Position numbers and translations under genes: made by a program. This document shows, piece by piece, positions 52,422-62,178 of a stretch of DNA of 64,000 nucleotides. The notes below the pieces were generated by a model. That model saw nothing but the letters and a program-made list of their open reading frames with translations. It had not been told where the DNA came from and ran no database searches. Positions within the stretch are counted from its first letter, which is position 1, and each line of letters opens with the position of its first letter. Source of the DNA: Lachnospiraceae bacterium (GTDB lineage: Bacteria; Bacillota; Clostridia; Lachnospirales; Lachnospiraceae); the NCBI GenBank assembly GCA_017503735.1, contig JAFVSN010000005.1:7628-71627 (forward strand). Direction: 5' to 3'.

Positions 52422-53510
52422 ATGATTTCAAATCAGGTTTTACAGAATACAATAGATGGATTGAAGGCAATCGCGAGAGTAGAACTTTGTGTATTGGGAA
52501 CCGACGGAGAAGTTTTGGCGACGACATTGGAACCGGCACAGGAGAGCATTGATGCGGTTGTGGCCTTTGTGGATTCGCCGGCAGACAGCCAGTCGTTGGC
52601 GGGGTATCAGTTTTTTAAAGTATATGATGATAATCATTTGGAATTTGTTGTTTTGGCAAAAGGCGATACCGATGATGTTTACATGATCGGAAAAATGACG
52701 GTGTTCCAGATTCAGAACTTAATTGTGGCGTATAAGGAACGTTACGATAAAGATAATTTCATTAAGAATTTGTTGCTGGATAATTTGCTGTTGGTTGACA
52801 TCTATAACTTGGCAAAGAAGCTTCACATCGAGGCAGATGCACGTCGTATTGTTTTTCTGATTGAGACAAAGCAGGAAAAGGATACCAATGCGCTTGAGAC
52901 CGTACGGAGCCTGTTTGCCGGAAAAAGCAGGGATTTCATTACCGCAGTGGATGAACGGAACATCATTCTCGTGAAGGAGCTTAAGATAAACGAAGACTAC
53001 GAGCATATGATGAAGACGGCAAAGGTGCTGTTAGATACGTTAAACACCGAGGCTATGACCAGAGTGAATATTGCAATCGGTACCATTGTGAATGAAATTA
53101 AAGACGTGTCCCGTTCTTATAAAGAGGCAAAGATGGCACTGGAAGTTGGTAAAATTTTCTATAGCGACCGTAATGTGGTGGCATATTCCAATTTGGGAAT
53201 CGGCCGTTTGGTATATCAGCTACCGCTTCCGATGTGTAAGGTATTTATCCGGGAGATTTTTGACGGAAAGTCATTGGAAGATTTTGACGAAGAAACGATT
53301 GTTACCATTAATAAGTTTTTTGAGAATAATTTAAATGTTTCGGAGACCTCCCGTCAGCTTTACATTCACCGGAATACGTTAGTATACCGTTTGGATAAGT
53401 TGCAGAAAATGACGAATTTGGATTTACGGACCTTTGAGGATGCCATTACGTTCAAGATGGCACTGATGGTAGTAAAGTATATGAAGTACGTGGAAACTAT
53501 GGAATTTTAA
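52422..53510 (+). CDS. PucR/CdaR(sugar-diacid-regulator)-family transcriptional regulator
   Basis: C-terminal PucR-type HTH, NVSETSRQLYIHRNTLVYRLDKLQKMT. Confidence 0.7.
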   Translation: MISNQVLQNTIDGLKAIARVELCVLGTDGEVLATTLEPAQESIDAVVAFVDSPADSQSLAGYQFFKVYDDNHLEFVVLAKGDTDDVYMIGKMTVFQIQNLIVAYKERYDKDNFIKNLLLDNLLLVDIYNLAKKLHIEADARRIVFLIETKQEKDTNALETVRSLFAGKSRDFITAVDERNIILVKELKINEDYEHMMKTAKVLLDTLNTEAMTRVNIAIGTIVNEIKDVSRSYKEAKMALEVGKIFYSDRNVVAYSNLGIGRLVYQLPLPMCKVFIREIFDGKSLEDFDEETIVTINKFFENNLNVSETSRQLYIHRNTLVYRLDKLQKMTNLDLRTFEDAITFKMALMVVKYMKYVETMEF

Positions 53511-53566
53511 GGCATAAAGCCGCATCTTTCGGTGCGGCTTTTCGAACGATACAAGGAGGAAATAAT

Positions 53567-54307
53567 ATGGCGGGTGCATATGATTTGCAAAAGGATTTAC
53601 GGAACATACAGGCACCGGTAATCCGGTTTGAGCAGGTAACCAAAGAGTATCAAAAAGGCGTACATGCCATTAATGATATTACCTTTAGCATCAATAAAGG
53701 AGAGTTTGTATTCATTGTCGGAAGCAGCGGCTCCGGAAAATCTACGCTTATCCGGTTGATGCTTCGGGAGATTTTGCCTACCAAGGGGAAAGTGTTTGTA
53801 GCGGGACGAGAATTGTCCCGGTTACGTCGACATCAAATCAGTAAATATCGCCGTAGCATCGGTGTGGTGTTTCAGGATTTCCGATTGCTGAAAGATAGAA
53901 ATGCCTATGAAAATGTAGCCTTTGCACAGCGTGTGGTGGAGACTCCGCCGGGGGATATTAAACGTAATGTGCCGCGGATGCTCTCTTTGGTGGGGCTGAG
54001 CGAGAAATATAAGGCATTTCCTTCGGAACTTTCCGGAGGAGAACAGCAGAGAGTGGCATTGGCAAGAGCATTGATTAATAATCCGATGATTTTGCTGGCG
54101 GATGAACCTACGGGAAATTTGGATCCGAAAAATTCCCAGGAGATTATGCATCTGTTGGAGGAGATTAATCGGCGCGGAACTACGGTGGTTGTAGTAACTC
54201 ATAATCATGAAATTGTGGATATGATGCAGAAGCGGGTGATTACACTCCGGAACGGAAGAATCATCAGTGATGAAGAAAAAGGCGGGTATGTGTATGCAAA
54301 GTATTAG
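53567..54307 (+). CDS. ftsE: Cell-division ABC ATPase FtsE
   Basis: GSSGSGKST, LSGGEQQRVALARA and LLADEPTGNLD motifs. It is followed by ftsX. Confidence 0.9.
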   Translation: MAGAYDLQKDLRNIQAPVIRFEQVTKEYQKGVHAINDITFSINKGEFVFIVGSSGSGKSTLIRLMLREILPTKGKVFVAGRELSRLRRHQISKYRRSIGVVFQDFRLLKDRNAYENVAFAQRVVETPPGDIKRNVPRMLSLVGLSEKYKAFPSELSGGEQQRVALARALINNPMILLADEPTGNLDPKNSQEIMHLLEEINRRGTTVVVVTHNHEIVDMMQKRVITLRNGRIISDEEKGGYVYAKY

Positions 54308-55214
54308 AACGTTTTTTTATTGCTTAAAGCAGGGAATACGCAGCATCTTTCATAACGGGATGTTTTCTTTGGCATCCATCGGAACCATTACGGCAAGTCT
54401 GTTTATATTGGGGTTGTTTTTCTTTGTGACCTTAAATGTGCGCCATGTGATGGAGGGAGCGGAACAGAATGTGGGTGTGACGGTACTGTTTGAAGAGGAC
54501 TGTCCGCAAGAGAAAATAGAAGCAATCGGTGCCGCAATCGAAAAAAGGGCAGAAGTGGCGGATGTGGTGTTTATTTCTGCGGAACAGGCCTGGGAGACTT
54601 ACAAAGCCGAACATTTAAATGAAGAACTGGCGGCAACCTTCGGGGATGATAATCCGTTGGAGGATTCGGCATCCTTTAAGGTATATTTAAATGATGCGTC
54701 CATGCAGGATGTGTTGGTACGATATATTGAGACGTTGGACGGAGTACGCAAGGTAAACGCAATGGATGGCGTGGCGGAAAGTTTCGAAGGGATGAGCCGG
54801 ATGATTACCGTGGTTTCGGTTGCGATTATTTTGGTGTTGGTGGCAGTTGCGGTATTCTTAATCCGTATGACGGTGTCCATCGGTATTTCTGTCCGCAAAG
54901 AGGAGATTTCTATTATGAATCTAATCGGAGCAACGGATTTTTTTGTCAGATTCCCGTTTGTGGTAGAAGGAATTATCCTTGGAATTTGCGGAGCGGCGGT
55001 GCCTCTCGGAATTTTGTATTTGATTTACGGGAAGGTAATTTCCTATCTTTCCGGGGAGTTCGGAAGTGTATTTCGTAAATTGACATTTTTAAATGAAACG
55101 CAGGTATTCTCAATTTTGATTCCGTTGTTACTGGGAATCGGAATTCTGATCGGATGGTTCGGAAGTGCAACAACGGCCAGAAGGCAGTTGAGGAAGATCA
55201 GTTTGCGTGAGTAG
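54294..55214 (+). CDS. ftsX: Cell-division permease-like protein FtsX
   Basis: Four TM helices with a large extracellular loop and an FtsX C-terminal domain. It overlaps the end of ftsE. Alternative starts are ATG 54288 and ATG 54267. Confidence 0.85.
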   Translation: MQSIRTFFYCLKQGIRSIFHNGMFSLASIGTITASLFILGLFFFVTLNVRHVMEGAEQNVGVTVLFEEDCPQEKIEAIGAAIEKRAEVADVVFISAEQAWETYKAEHLNEELAATFGDDNPLEDSASFKVYLNDASMQDVLVRYIETLDGVRKVNAMDGVAESFEGMSRMITVVSVAIILVLVAVAVFLIRMTVSIGISVRKEEISIMNLIGATDFFVRFPFVVEGIILGICGAAVPLGILYLIYGKVISYLSGEFGSVFRKLTFLNETQVFSILIPLLLGIGILIGWFGSATTARRQLRKISLRE

Positions 55215-55261
55215 TATATTGTGAGCCTGAAACGAGGGTTGAAGGAAAGAGAGGGCAAGGG

Positions 55262-56545
55262 ATGAAACAGAGACGAAGAAAGGTTCTTTGCTATATCGGT
55301 CTGTTTGTAATGGTGTTTATTCTCTGCCAAACGAGAAACGAGCATTCCGCATTGGCGGTAGAGTCTTATCAATCGGCCATTGATAAGGCAAAGGAAGAAA
55401 AGGAAGCTTTGGAGAAAAAGAAGAAAGAAGCCGAGGAACGAATTGCGGAATTGGAAGCAGATAAAAAGAACACGGAAGAGTATATCAAACGTGTGGATGA
55501 AGAACTTTCAACGGCATACGGTGAGATGGAGATTCTTACGCAGAACATTGCTTTGTGTGAGGAAACCATCAAAGAAACCCAAAAAGAGTTGGAAGCTGCG
55601 ATTGCAACAAAAGAGAAACAGTATGCAACCATGAAAGCAAGGATAAAATATATGTATGAGAACGGAGACACAGGGATTTGGGAAATCATTACCGGAGCGG
55701 ACAGCTTGGAGGATTTGCTGAATCAGGTAGAATACCGTTCCCGGATTGCTGCATATGATGACAATCTTTTAAAACGCTATGAAACGACCTGTGAAGAAGT
55801 TAAGAAAAAGGAAGAAGCCCATGCATTGGCTCTTGTGGAACTGAATGCGGAAAAAGAAGAGCAACAGTTACAAATTGATCAATTGTCGGTGCTTGTCTCC
55901 AATAAAGCGGCATACATGGATGAACTGACGGCTACGCTAGGGATAACCGAGGAACAATACTTTGAGTTTTATGAGGAAATCGAAAGCAAGGAGTTACAGA
56001 TTGAGGACTTAGAGGAGAAGGAACGTCTTCGGATTGAAGAAGAAGAACGGAAAAGAAGAGAAGAAGAAGAACGGTTGCGCCGTGAGGAAGAGGAACGACG
56101 GAGACGGGAAGAAGAGTTAAAGAAACTGGGACTTACGGATGTGACATCGATAGATCATATGATTTGGCCGTTTCCGAGTGATCCGAATATTTACTCTTAT
56201 TTTGGGAACCGGATCAGTCCGATTACAGGAAAACCGGAGTATCACAGCGGTATTGATATCGGTGGCGCTTATGGTGCCGATATTGTGGCATCTCTGGCAG
56301 GAACCGTCACAAAAGCTACCTGGAGTACCATGAACGGAAATCACATTGTGATTGACCACGGAAACGGTGTGACGACGTACTATTTACATGCATCAAAATT
56401 GTTGGTAAAAGCAGGGGATTATGTAAAGCAGGGGCAGGTAATTATGAAATGCGGTTCCACCGGATGGTCTACGGCACCCCATTTGCATTTTACAATTAAG
56501 ATTAACGGAACCGCGGTAGATCCGTGTAAGTATGTTAGCCCTTAA
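55262..56545 (+). CDS. Coiled-coil M23 metallopeptidase (EnvC/PcsB-like murein hydrolase or activator)
   Basis: A long coiled coil is followed by the M23 motifs HSGIDIG and HLHFTI. Confidence 0.8.
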   Translation: MKQRRRKVLCYIGLFVMVFILCQTRNEHSALAVESYQSAIDKAKEEKEALEKKKKEAEERIAELEADKKNTEEYIKRVDEELSTAYGEMEILTQNIALCEETIKETQKELEAAIATKEKQYATMKARIKYMYENGDTGIWEIITGADSLEDLLNQVEYRSRIAAYDDNLLKRYETTCEEVKKKEEAHALALVELNAEKEEQQLQIDQLSVLVSNKAAYMDELTATLGITEEQYFEFYEEIESKELQIEDLEEKERLRIEEEERKRREEEERLRREEEERRRREEELKKLGLTDVTSIDHMIWPFPSDPNIYSYFGNRISPITGKPEYHSGIDIGGAYGADIVASLAGTVTKATWSTMNGNHIVIDHGNGVTTYYLHASKLLVKAGDYVKQGQVIMKCGSTGWSTAPHLHFTIKINGTAVDPCKYVSP

Positions 56546-56562
56546 AGGAAAGACGGAAGGAA

Positions 56563-57831
56563 ATGGAAACCATGAAAAAGGAAAGCTTTAGAAACGTGAA
56601 AAAATGGGCAGGAATGTTTGGTGCTCTTTGCATTTTGTTCTTTGGCAGTATTGTTACATTGGGAGGTTGCAAAATTCCGGAGCTTAGTGAGGAAGGTAAA
56701 AGTATCTGGGATATGCTGACCGAAGAAGGACAGAGTGAGGGAACAACGGATGATACCGCCTTTTTGCAAAAAGCAAATTATTTAAAAGAACTGATTGATG
56801 TATATTTTTGGGAGGATACGACGGAAGAAGAGTTGTACGAGGGAATGTATCACGGTTTGCTGAATTCTCTGGGTGACCCGTATTCCTGTTATTATACGGT
56901 GGAGGAGTTTGCGGCTCTGATGGAGGAAATGGAAGGCTCCTATTGCGGAATCGGCGCTCTGGTGAGTCAGAATGCGTCCACAAAAGTGATTACCATCGTA
57001 CGGCCGTTTATAGACGGACCTGCGCACAAAGCGGGAATGCTTCCGGGAGATATTCTGACAAAGATTGACGGAGAGGATGTTTCCGGCTGGGATATTGATT
57101 TGGCGGTAAAGCATATGAAGGGAGAGCAGGGAACCGTTGTGAACGTGGAAGTTTGGCGTGCTTCCGCGGAGGAATACGTGGAGCTTTCTATTACCCGTGA
57201 TGTGGTTGAAGTGGAAACGGTAACCTATGAGATGATGGAAGATTCCATCGGATACATTTATGTGATGCAGTTTGACGAGGTTACGAGTGAGCAGTTTGAG
57301 ACGGCATACAATGCGTTAAAGGAACAGGGGATGAAGGGACTGGTAGTGGATATCCGCGATAACGGCGGCGGGCTTTTGACTACCGTGTGTGAAATGTTGG
57401 ACCTGTTTTTGGAGGAAGAGGACTTAATCGTTTATACCTTAGATAAATACGAGAAAAAGGAAGAGATTTATGCGGAAGCGGGAAGTGTAACACCGATTCC
57501 TATGGCAGTGTTAATCAACGGCTACAGTGCCAGCGCATCCGAAATCTTTTCCGGAGCATTGCAGGATTACGGCCTGGCAACGATTGTGGGAACCCAGAGC
57601 TTCGGAAAAGGAATTGTACAGAGTGTGATTCCGCTTTCTGACGGAAGTGCGGTGAAACTGACGGTATCCACCTACTATACTCCGGCAGGAAGAAATATTC
57701 ACGGTCTCGGTATCACGCCGGATGTGGAAGTGGAACTGGAAGAAGAATTAAAGAAACTTCCGATTGTACCTTTGGAGGATGATAATCAGGTGCAACGTGC
57801 CATCGAAGAAGTGAAAAAATTAATGAAGTAA
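56563..57831 (+). CDS. S41 C-terminal processing peptidase with PDZ domain
   Basis: VDIRDNGGG, the catalytic Ser region NGYSASASEIF and the Lys region FGKG. Confidence 0.85.
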   Translation: METMKKESFRNVKKWAGMFGALCILFFGSIVTLGGCKIPELSEEGKSIWDMLTEEGQSEGTTDDTAFLQKANYLKELIDVYFWEDTTEEELYEGMYHGLLNSLGDPYSCYYTVEEFAALMEEMEGSYCGIGALVSQNASTKVITIVRPFIDGPAHKAGMLPGDILTKIDGEDVSGWDIDLAVKHMKGEQGTVVNVEVWRASAEEYVELSITRDVVEVETVTYEMMEDSIGYIYVMQFDEVTSEQFETAYNALKEQGMKGLVVDIRDNGGGLLTTVCEMLDLFLEEEDLIVYTLDKYEKKEEIYAEAGSVTPIPMAVLINGYSASASEIFSGALQDYGLATIVGTQSFGKGIVQSVIPLSDGSAVKLTVSTYYTPAGRNIHGLGITPDVEVELEEELKKLPIVPLEDDNQVQRAIEEVKKLMK

Positions 57832-57840
57832 GGTTTCGGA

Positions 57841-57885
57841 AAGAGGCCTACACTTGAAAGAGAGTGTGGCCTCTTTCTTCTTTTA
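57841..57885 (+). terminator. Intrinsic terminator
   Basis: AAGAGGCCTACACT / AGTGTGGCCTCTT followed by TCTTCTTTT. Confidence 0.8.
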
Positions 57886-57998
57886 TATTTGATGGAGCTT
57901 TTTTGAAAAAGGGGTTGCATTCTTTTTTTTTCTGTGGTATCATATCTCCTTGATACGGACAATTGTTTTTATGGCGCGAACACGAAAGGAGAATTCCT

Positions 57999-58439
57999 TT
58001 GGCAGAAGAAAAGTTTTATATCGTAAAGAAAAAAGCGGTGCCTGAGGTGTTACTGCAGGTGGTGGAAGCGAAACGTCTTCTGGACTCCGAACGGGTTTTG
58101 ACGGTGCAGGAGGCAACAGAAGCGGTTGGGATCAGCCGCAGCTCGTTTTACAAGTATAAGGATGATATTTTTCCGTTCCATGAAAATAACAGGGGCCGGA
58201 CCATTACCTTTATGCTTCAAATGGATGATGAGCCGGGATTGTTGTCCGTGGTACTGGGGGAGATTGCGAAAAGTCATGCAAACATCCTGACCATTCATCA
58301 GGCAATTCCCATCGGTGGTATCGCATCCCTTACCATTTCCGTAGAAATGCGACCGGAAACAGAGGAAGCGACGGTTTTGGTGGAACGTATGGAAGCGATT
58401 TCGGGTGTACACTATATTAAGATATTGGGAAGAGAATAA
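57999..58439 (+). CDS. ACT-domain protein (UPF0735/PheB-like) with an N-terminal HTH-like segment
   Basis: RBS AAAGGAGAA precedes TTG 57999. The C-terminal ACT fold pattern is ITFMLQMDDEPGLLSVVLGEIAKSHANILTIHQ. Confidence 0.65.
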   Translation: MAEEKFYIVKKKAVPEVLLQVVEAKRLLDSERVLTVQEATEAVGISRSSFYKYKDDIFPFHENNRGRTITFMLQMDDEPGLLSVVLGEIAKSHANILTIHQAIPIGGIASLTISVEMRPETEEATVLVERMEAISGVHYIKILGRE

Positions 58440-58457
58440 GACAACGGAGGCAAAAAT

Positions 58458-59660
58458 ATGAAAATTGCAGTATTAGGATACGGCACCGTAGGTTCGGGTG
58501 TGGTTGAGGTATTAAACCAGAATAAGGACAGTATCCAAAAGCGTGCGGGAAAAGCGATTGAGGTAAAGCACGTATTGGATTTGCGTGATTTTCCGGGAGA
58601 TCCGGTACAGGAGATATTAACCCACGATTTTCAGGATATTTTAAATGACCCGGAAGTGGAAATTGTAGCGGAAGTCATGGGCGGTGTAAACCCGGCATAT
58701 GATTTTGTAAAGGCATGTCTGGAAAACGGTAAGAGCGTATGTACCTCCAATAAGGAATTGGTGGCAAAGCACGGCGCGGAGCTTCTTGAGATTGCAAAAC
58801 AGAATAAGTTAAATTTCCTGTTTGAGGCAAGTGTGGGTGGCGGTATTCCGATTATTCGTCCGTTAAATCAGTCGCTTACCGCAGATGAGATTATGGAAAT
58901 TACCGGTATCTTAAACGGTACCACCAACTATATTTTAACCCAGATGCGTGACTATGGTTCCGATTTCGATACCGTTCTTAAGGAAGCGCAGAGACTGGGC
59001 TATGCGGAGCGTAATCCGGAGGCTGACGTAGAAGGGTATGATGCTTGCCGTAAGCTTGCAATTTTAACTTCTCTTGCTTACGGGAAGCAGGTGGATTTTG
59101 AAGATATTTATACCGAGGGTATCACAAAGATTACTTCCGAGGATATGAAGTATGCGCAAAGTATGGGTTGTACCATTAAGCTTCTGGGGATGGGCAATCG
59201 TCAGGACGATAAGTTCTTTGCAATGGTCGCACCGCGTATGATTAACAAGCATCATCCGTTGTACAGTGTAGATGATGTATTTAACGGTATTTTGGTAAAG
59301 GGAAATATGCTGGGGGATGTTATGTTCTACGGTCGCGGTGCAGGAAAGCTTCCGACCGCAAGTGCAGTGGTGGCGGATATCGTAGATGCGGCAAAGCACG
59401 TCGGTACCAACATTATGACCCACTGGAGCAGTAAGAAGCTGGCGCTTTCTTCCTGTGACGAGGCATTGAACGTATTCTTCGTTCGTGTACCGGCAGAGGA
59501 GAAGGATGCGGCCGTGGCAGTCTTCGGTAATGTGAAGGAAGTAAAGGCAGAGGGTGTTACCGGTGAGTTTGCGTTCGTAACCGAGAAGATGACGGAAGCG
59601 GCTTTTGCGGAGCAGAGTAAGAAGGTTACGGTAAAGAACCGTATTCGTGTAGAAGCATAA
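58458..59660 (+). CDS. hom: Homoserine dehydrogenase
   Basis: N-terminal GYGTVGSGV Rossmann motif, a central GGIPII motif and a C-terminal ACT-like domain. Confidence 0.9.
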   Translation: MKIAVLGYGTVGSGVVEVLNQNKDSIQKRAGKAIEVKHVLDLRDFPGDPVQEILTHDFQDILNDPEVEIVAEVMGGVNPAYDFVKACLENGKSVCTSNKELVAKHGAELLEIAKQNKLNFLFEASVGGGIPIIRPLNQSLTADEIMEITGILNGTTNYILTQMRDYGSDFDTVLKEAQRLGYAERNPEADVEGYDACRKLAILTSLAYGKQVDFEDIYTEGITKITSEDMKYAQSMGCTIKLLGMGNRQDDKFFAMVAPRMINKHHPLYSVDDVFNGILVKGNMLGDVMFYGRGAGKLPTASAVVADIVDAAKHVGTNIMTHWSSKKLALSSCDEALNVFFVRVPAEEKDAAVAVFGNVKEVKAEGVTGEFAFVTEKMTEAAFAEQSKKVTVKNRIRVEA

Positions 59661-59678
59661 GGAAAGAAGGATATAGAT

Positions 59679-60881
59679 ATGAAGTATATTGTAGTGTTAG
59701 GTGACGGTATGGCGGATGAGCCGATTGCGGAAATCGGTGGCAAGACTCCGCTTAAGCATGCAAATACCCCGATGATGGATGAACTGGCAGGAAAGTCCGT
59801 AGTAGGTTTGTCCGCAACCATTCCGGAGGGCATGAACCCGGGAAGTGACACCGCGAATTTAGCGGTTTTGGGGTATAACCCGAAGAAGTATTACACCGGA
59901 CGTTCTCCGCTTGAAGCGCTTTCCATCGGTGTACCGATGAAGGATACGGATATTGCCCTTCGGTGTAATATCGTAACGGTATCCGAAGAGGATGTTCCTT
60001 ACGCCGAGAGAACCATTATCGACCACAGCTCCAGCGAGATTTCCACGGAGGATGCGGCGGTGCTCTTAGAGGCAGTAAAAAAGGAATTGCAGGATGATAT
60101 TTATAGCTACTATGTGGGTACCAGCTACCGCCATCTTTTGATTTGGGATAAGGGACAGGTGGTGCCGCTTACTCCGCCTCATGATATTCTCGGAAAGGTC
60201 ATCGGAGAGTATCTTCCGAAGGAGGATAAGCTTCGGGAGATGATGGAAAAGAGTTACGAGATTTTAAATAATCATCCGCTTAATGTGGAACGTGCCAAGA
60301 AGGGCTTACATAAGGCAAATTCCATTTGGTTCTGGGGCGCGGGCACCAGACCTGCACTGGATAGTTTTGAAGAAAAGACCGGAAAGCGCGGTGTTATGAT
60401 TTCTGCGGTAGATTTACTGAAAGGCATTGCCATCGGTGCGGGTATGAAGGTGATTGAAGTGCCGGGGGCTGACGGTACGCTTCATACCAACTATGTGGGT
60501 AAGGCACAGGCAGCGGTAGATGCACTTACGAAGGATGGTTATGATTTTGCCTATGTTCATGTGGAAGCTCCGGACGAAATGGGACATCAGGGAAGCCTGC
60601 CGAATAAATTAGAGGCGATTGAGTCCTTGGATTCCAAAGTAATTCGCACGGTGGTAGAAGGCATGAAGGCAGCGGGAGAGCCGTTCCGTCTTCTTGTAAT
60701 GCCGGATCATCCGACGCCGATTCGTTGCCGGACGCATACGTCCGACCCGGTGCCGTTTATGCTTTATGACAGTACAAAGGAATGTAAGCGTGTCGGTTTC
60801 TATAACGAGGAAGAGGCAAAGGCGTCCGGTATTCTGTATCCGGAAGGCTACAAATTAATTGATACCTTGTTCGCCGAATAA
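59679..60881 (+). CDS. Cofactor-independent phosphoglycerate mutase homologue (archaeal ApgM type); probably the non-orthologous homoserine kinase
   Basis: MKYIVVLGDGMAD, HVEAPDEMGHQG and PDHPTP are metalloenzyme-superfamily motifs. The gene lies 18 nt downstream of hom. Confidence 0.75.
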   Translation: MKYIVVLGDGMADEPIAEIGGKTPLKHANTPMMDELAGKSVVGLSATIPEGMNPGSDTANLAVLGYNPKKYYTGRSPLEALSIGVPMKDTDIALRCNIVTVSEEDVPYAERTIIDHSSSEISTEDAAVLLEAVKKELQDDIYSYYVGTSYRHLLIWDKGQVVPLTPPHDILGKVIGEYLPKEDKLREMMEKSYEILNNHPLNVERAKKGLHKANSIWFWGAGTRPALDSFEEKTGKRGVMISAVDLLKGIAIGAGMKVIEVPGADGTLHTNYVGKAQAAVDALTKDGYDFAYVHVEAPDEMGHQGSLPNKLEAIESLDSKVIRTVVEGMKAAGEPFRLLVMPDHPTPIRCRTHTSDPVPFMLYDSTKECKRVGFYNEEEAKASGILYPEGYKLIDTLFAE

Positions 60882-60912
60882 GCGGGGAGCACCAAAAAGA
60901 AAACGAGGATAA

Positions 60913-60953
60913 GAGCATTCTGTGTTGATATACAGAATGCTCCTTGCTTTTTT
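60913..60953 (+). terminator. Intrinsic terminator
   Basis: GAGCATTCTGT / ACAGAATGCTC followed by CTTGCTTTTTT. Confidence 0.8.
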
Positions 60954-61104
60954 ATGAGATTATGAACAAAATGCTTGTGAAATGTTAACAAAAAAGACAA
61001 AATATATTTGCTTTTTCTTGTGGAATCCTATGGAATTCTGTGATAAAATATGATTCGGGTGCGAGTTTATGGGAAGAGGAAGGAACAATAACTAGGAGGT
61101 TACA

Positions 61105-62166
61105 ATGGGAAGGAAACGGTTTTATGCAGGAGTGGTGCTTGCCTCCTGCGCACTTGCGTTTTGTGGGTGTACCGCGAAACAGGAAGAAGATCATTTGTCT
61201 GCTCTTGCGGCAAATAACGGAGCAAAGTCATATGAAATGATACAGGTGGATCGGAGTACGATTCAAAAAACGAAGGTGATTTCTGCAAACTATGAGCAGG
61301 TAATGACGGAGAATCTTTCTTTTTCCGTAGATGGGAGACGCTTGGCAGGTGTGTATGTTTCTCTCGGCGATACGGTGAAAAAAGGCGATTTACTTGCGGA
61401 ATTACTTTGCGAAGAAGAACAGGACTATCTGAATGAATTGGAATATGCAATAACGACACAAGAGATGCAGATAACGCAGTTGCAAGAGAAGAAGGAATTA
61501 GACCTTGCACAATTGTCCCGGAAGAAAGCGGAATTGCCGGAAGAGGAATATCTTGCGAAGGTAACAAAAATCGAGCAGGAGTATCAGCGGAAAACGGAAG
61601 ATATCGAGGATCAGCTTTACATAGAACGTATGCAGTACGATGAATTGTACCAATGGATTGAAGGTTGTAAGATCTATGCGGGATTGGACGGTACCGTAAC
61701 TTACATGGGAGAGTTGGGAAGTGAGTATTCTTCCTGGTCCAGAGGAAAAGTGTTTACGGTCAGTGATGATGCGGAATGTGCATTTTTATGCACGGAACCG
61801 GGTTTTGTTTCCTATTTTTCGGAAGGGGAACACTATGTGTTTTCTTCCAGTACGGGAGAAGAATTTGAAACGGTGTTGACAACAAAAGATGATGCAACGG
61901 GAATGATGCGCTTCGAGCTGGTAGAAGGACGTCAGAGCACCGTGCTGGGACAGCGAGTGATGTATTCTCTTGTATTGGAAGAGAGACAGGACGTACTGAA
62001 TTTACCGAAAAGTGCGGTACATTTTGTGGATGGAGATGCGTATGTGTATGTCTTTGACTCCGAAGGCAACCGACAGGCTAAAAAAATCGAGGTTGGTCTC
62101 CAGGCAGATATGAAAGTAGAAATAATCAGTGGCCTTTCAGAAGGCGAAGAAGTGATTTTGCGTTAG
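61105..62166 (+). CDS. Membrane-fusion-protein (HlyD/efflux adaptor-like) lipoprotein 1
   Basis: Lipobox AFCGC, biotinyl-lipoyl-like hairpins (GDTVKKGDLLAEL ... IYAGLDGTV), a coiled coil and a C-terminal beta-barrel. Confidence 0.7.
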   Translation: MGRKRFYAGVVLASCALAFCGCTAKQEEDHLSALAANNGAKSYEMIQVDRSTIQKTKVISANYEQVMTENLSFSVDGRRLAGVYVSLGDTVKKGDLLAELLCEEEQDYLNELEYAITTQEMQITQLQEKKELDLAQLSRKKAELPEEEYLAKVTKIEQEYQRKTEDIEDQLYIERMQYDELYQWIEGCKIYAGLDGTVTYMGELGSEYSSWSRGKVFTVSDDAECAFLCTEPGFVSYFSEGEHYVFSSSTGEEFETVLTTKDDATGMMRFELVEGRQSTVLGQRVMYSLVLEERQDVLNLPKSAVHFVDGDAYVYVFDSEGNRQAKKIEVGLQADMKVEIISGLSEGEEVILR

Positions 62167-62178
62167 CAGGAGGATGGC

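Noticed and set aside
52422-53510. Whether this CdaR-family regulator is functionally linked to the c-di-AMP CdaR at 27144-28388
   Set aside because: This is a name coincidence only. This protein is a PucR/sugar-diacid-regulator-type HTH protein, unrelated to the YbbR-domain CdaR.
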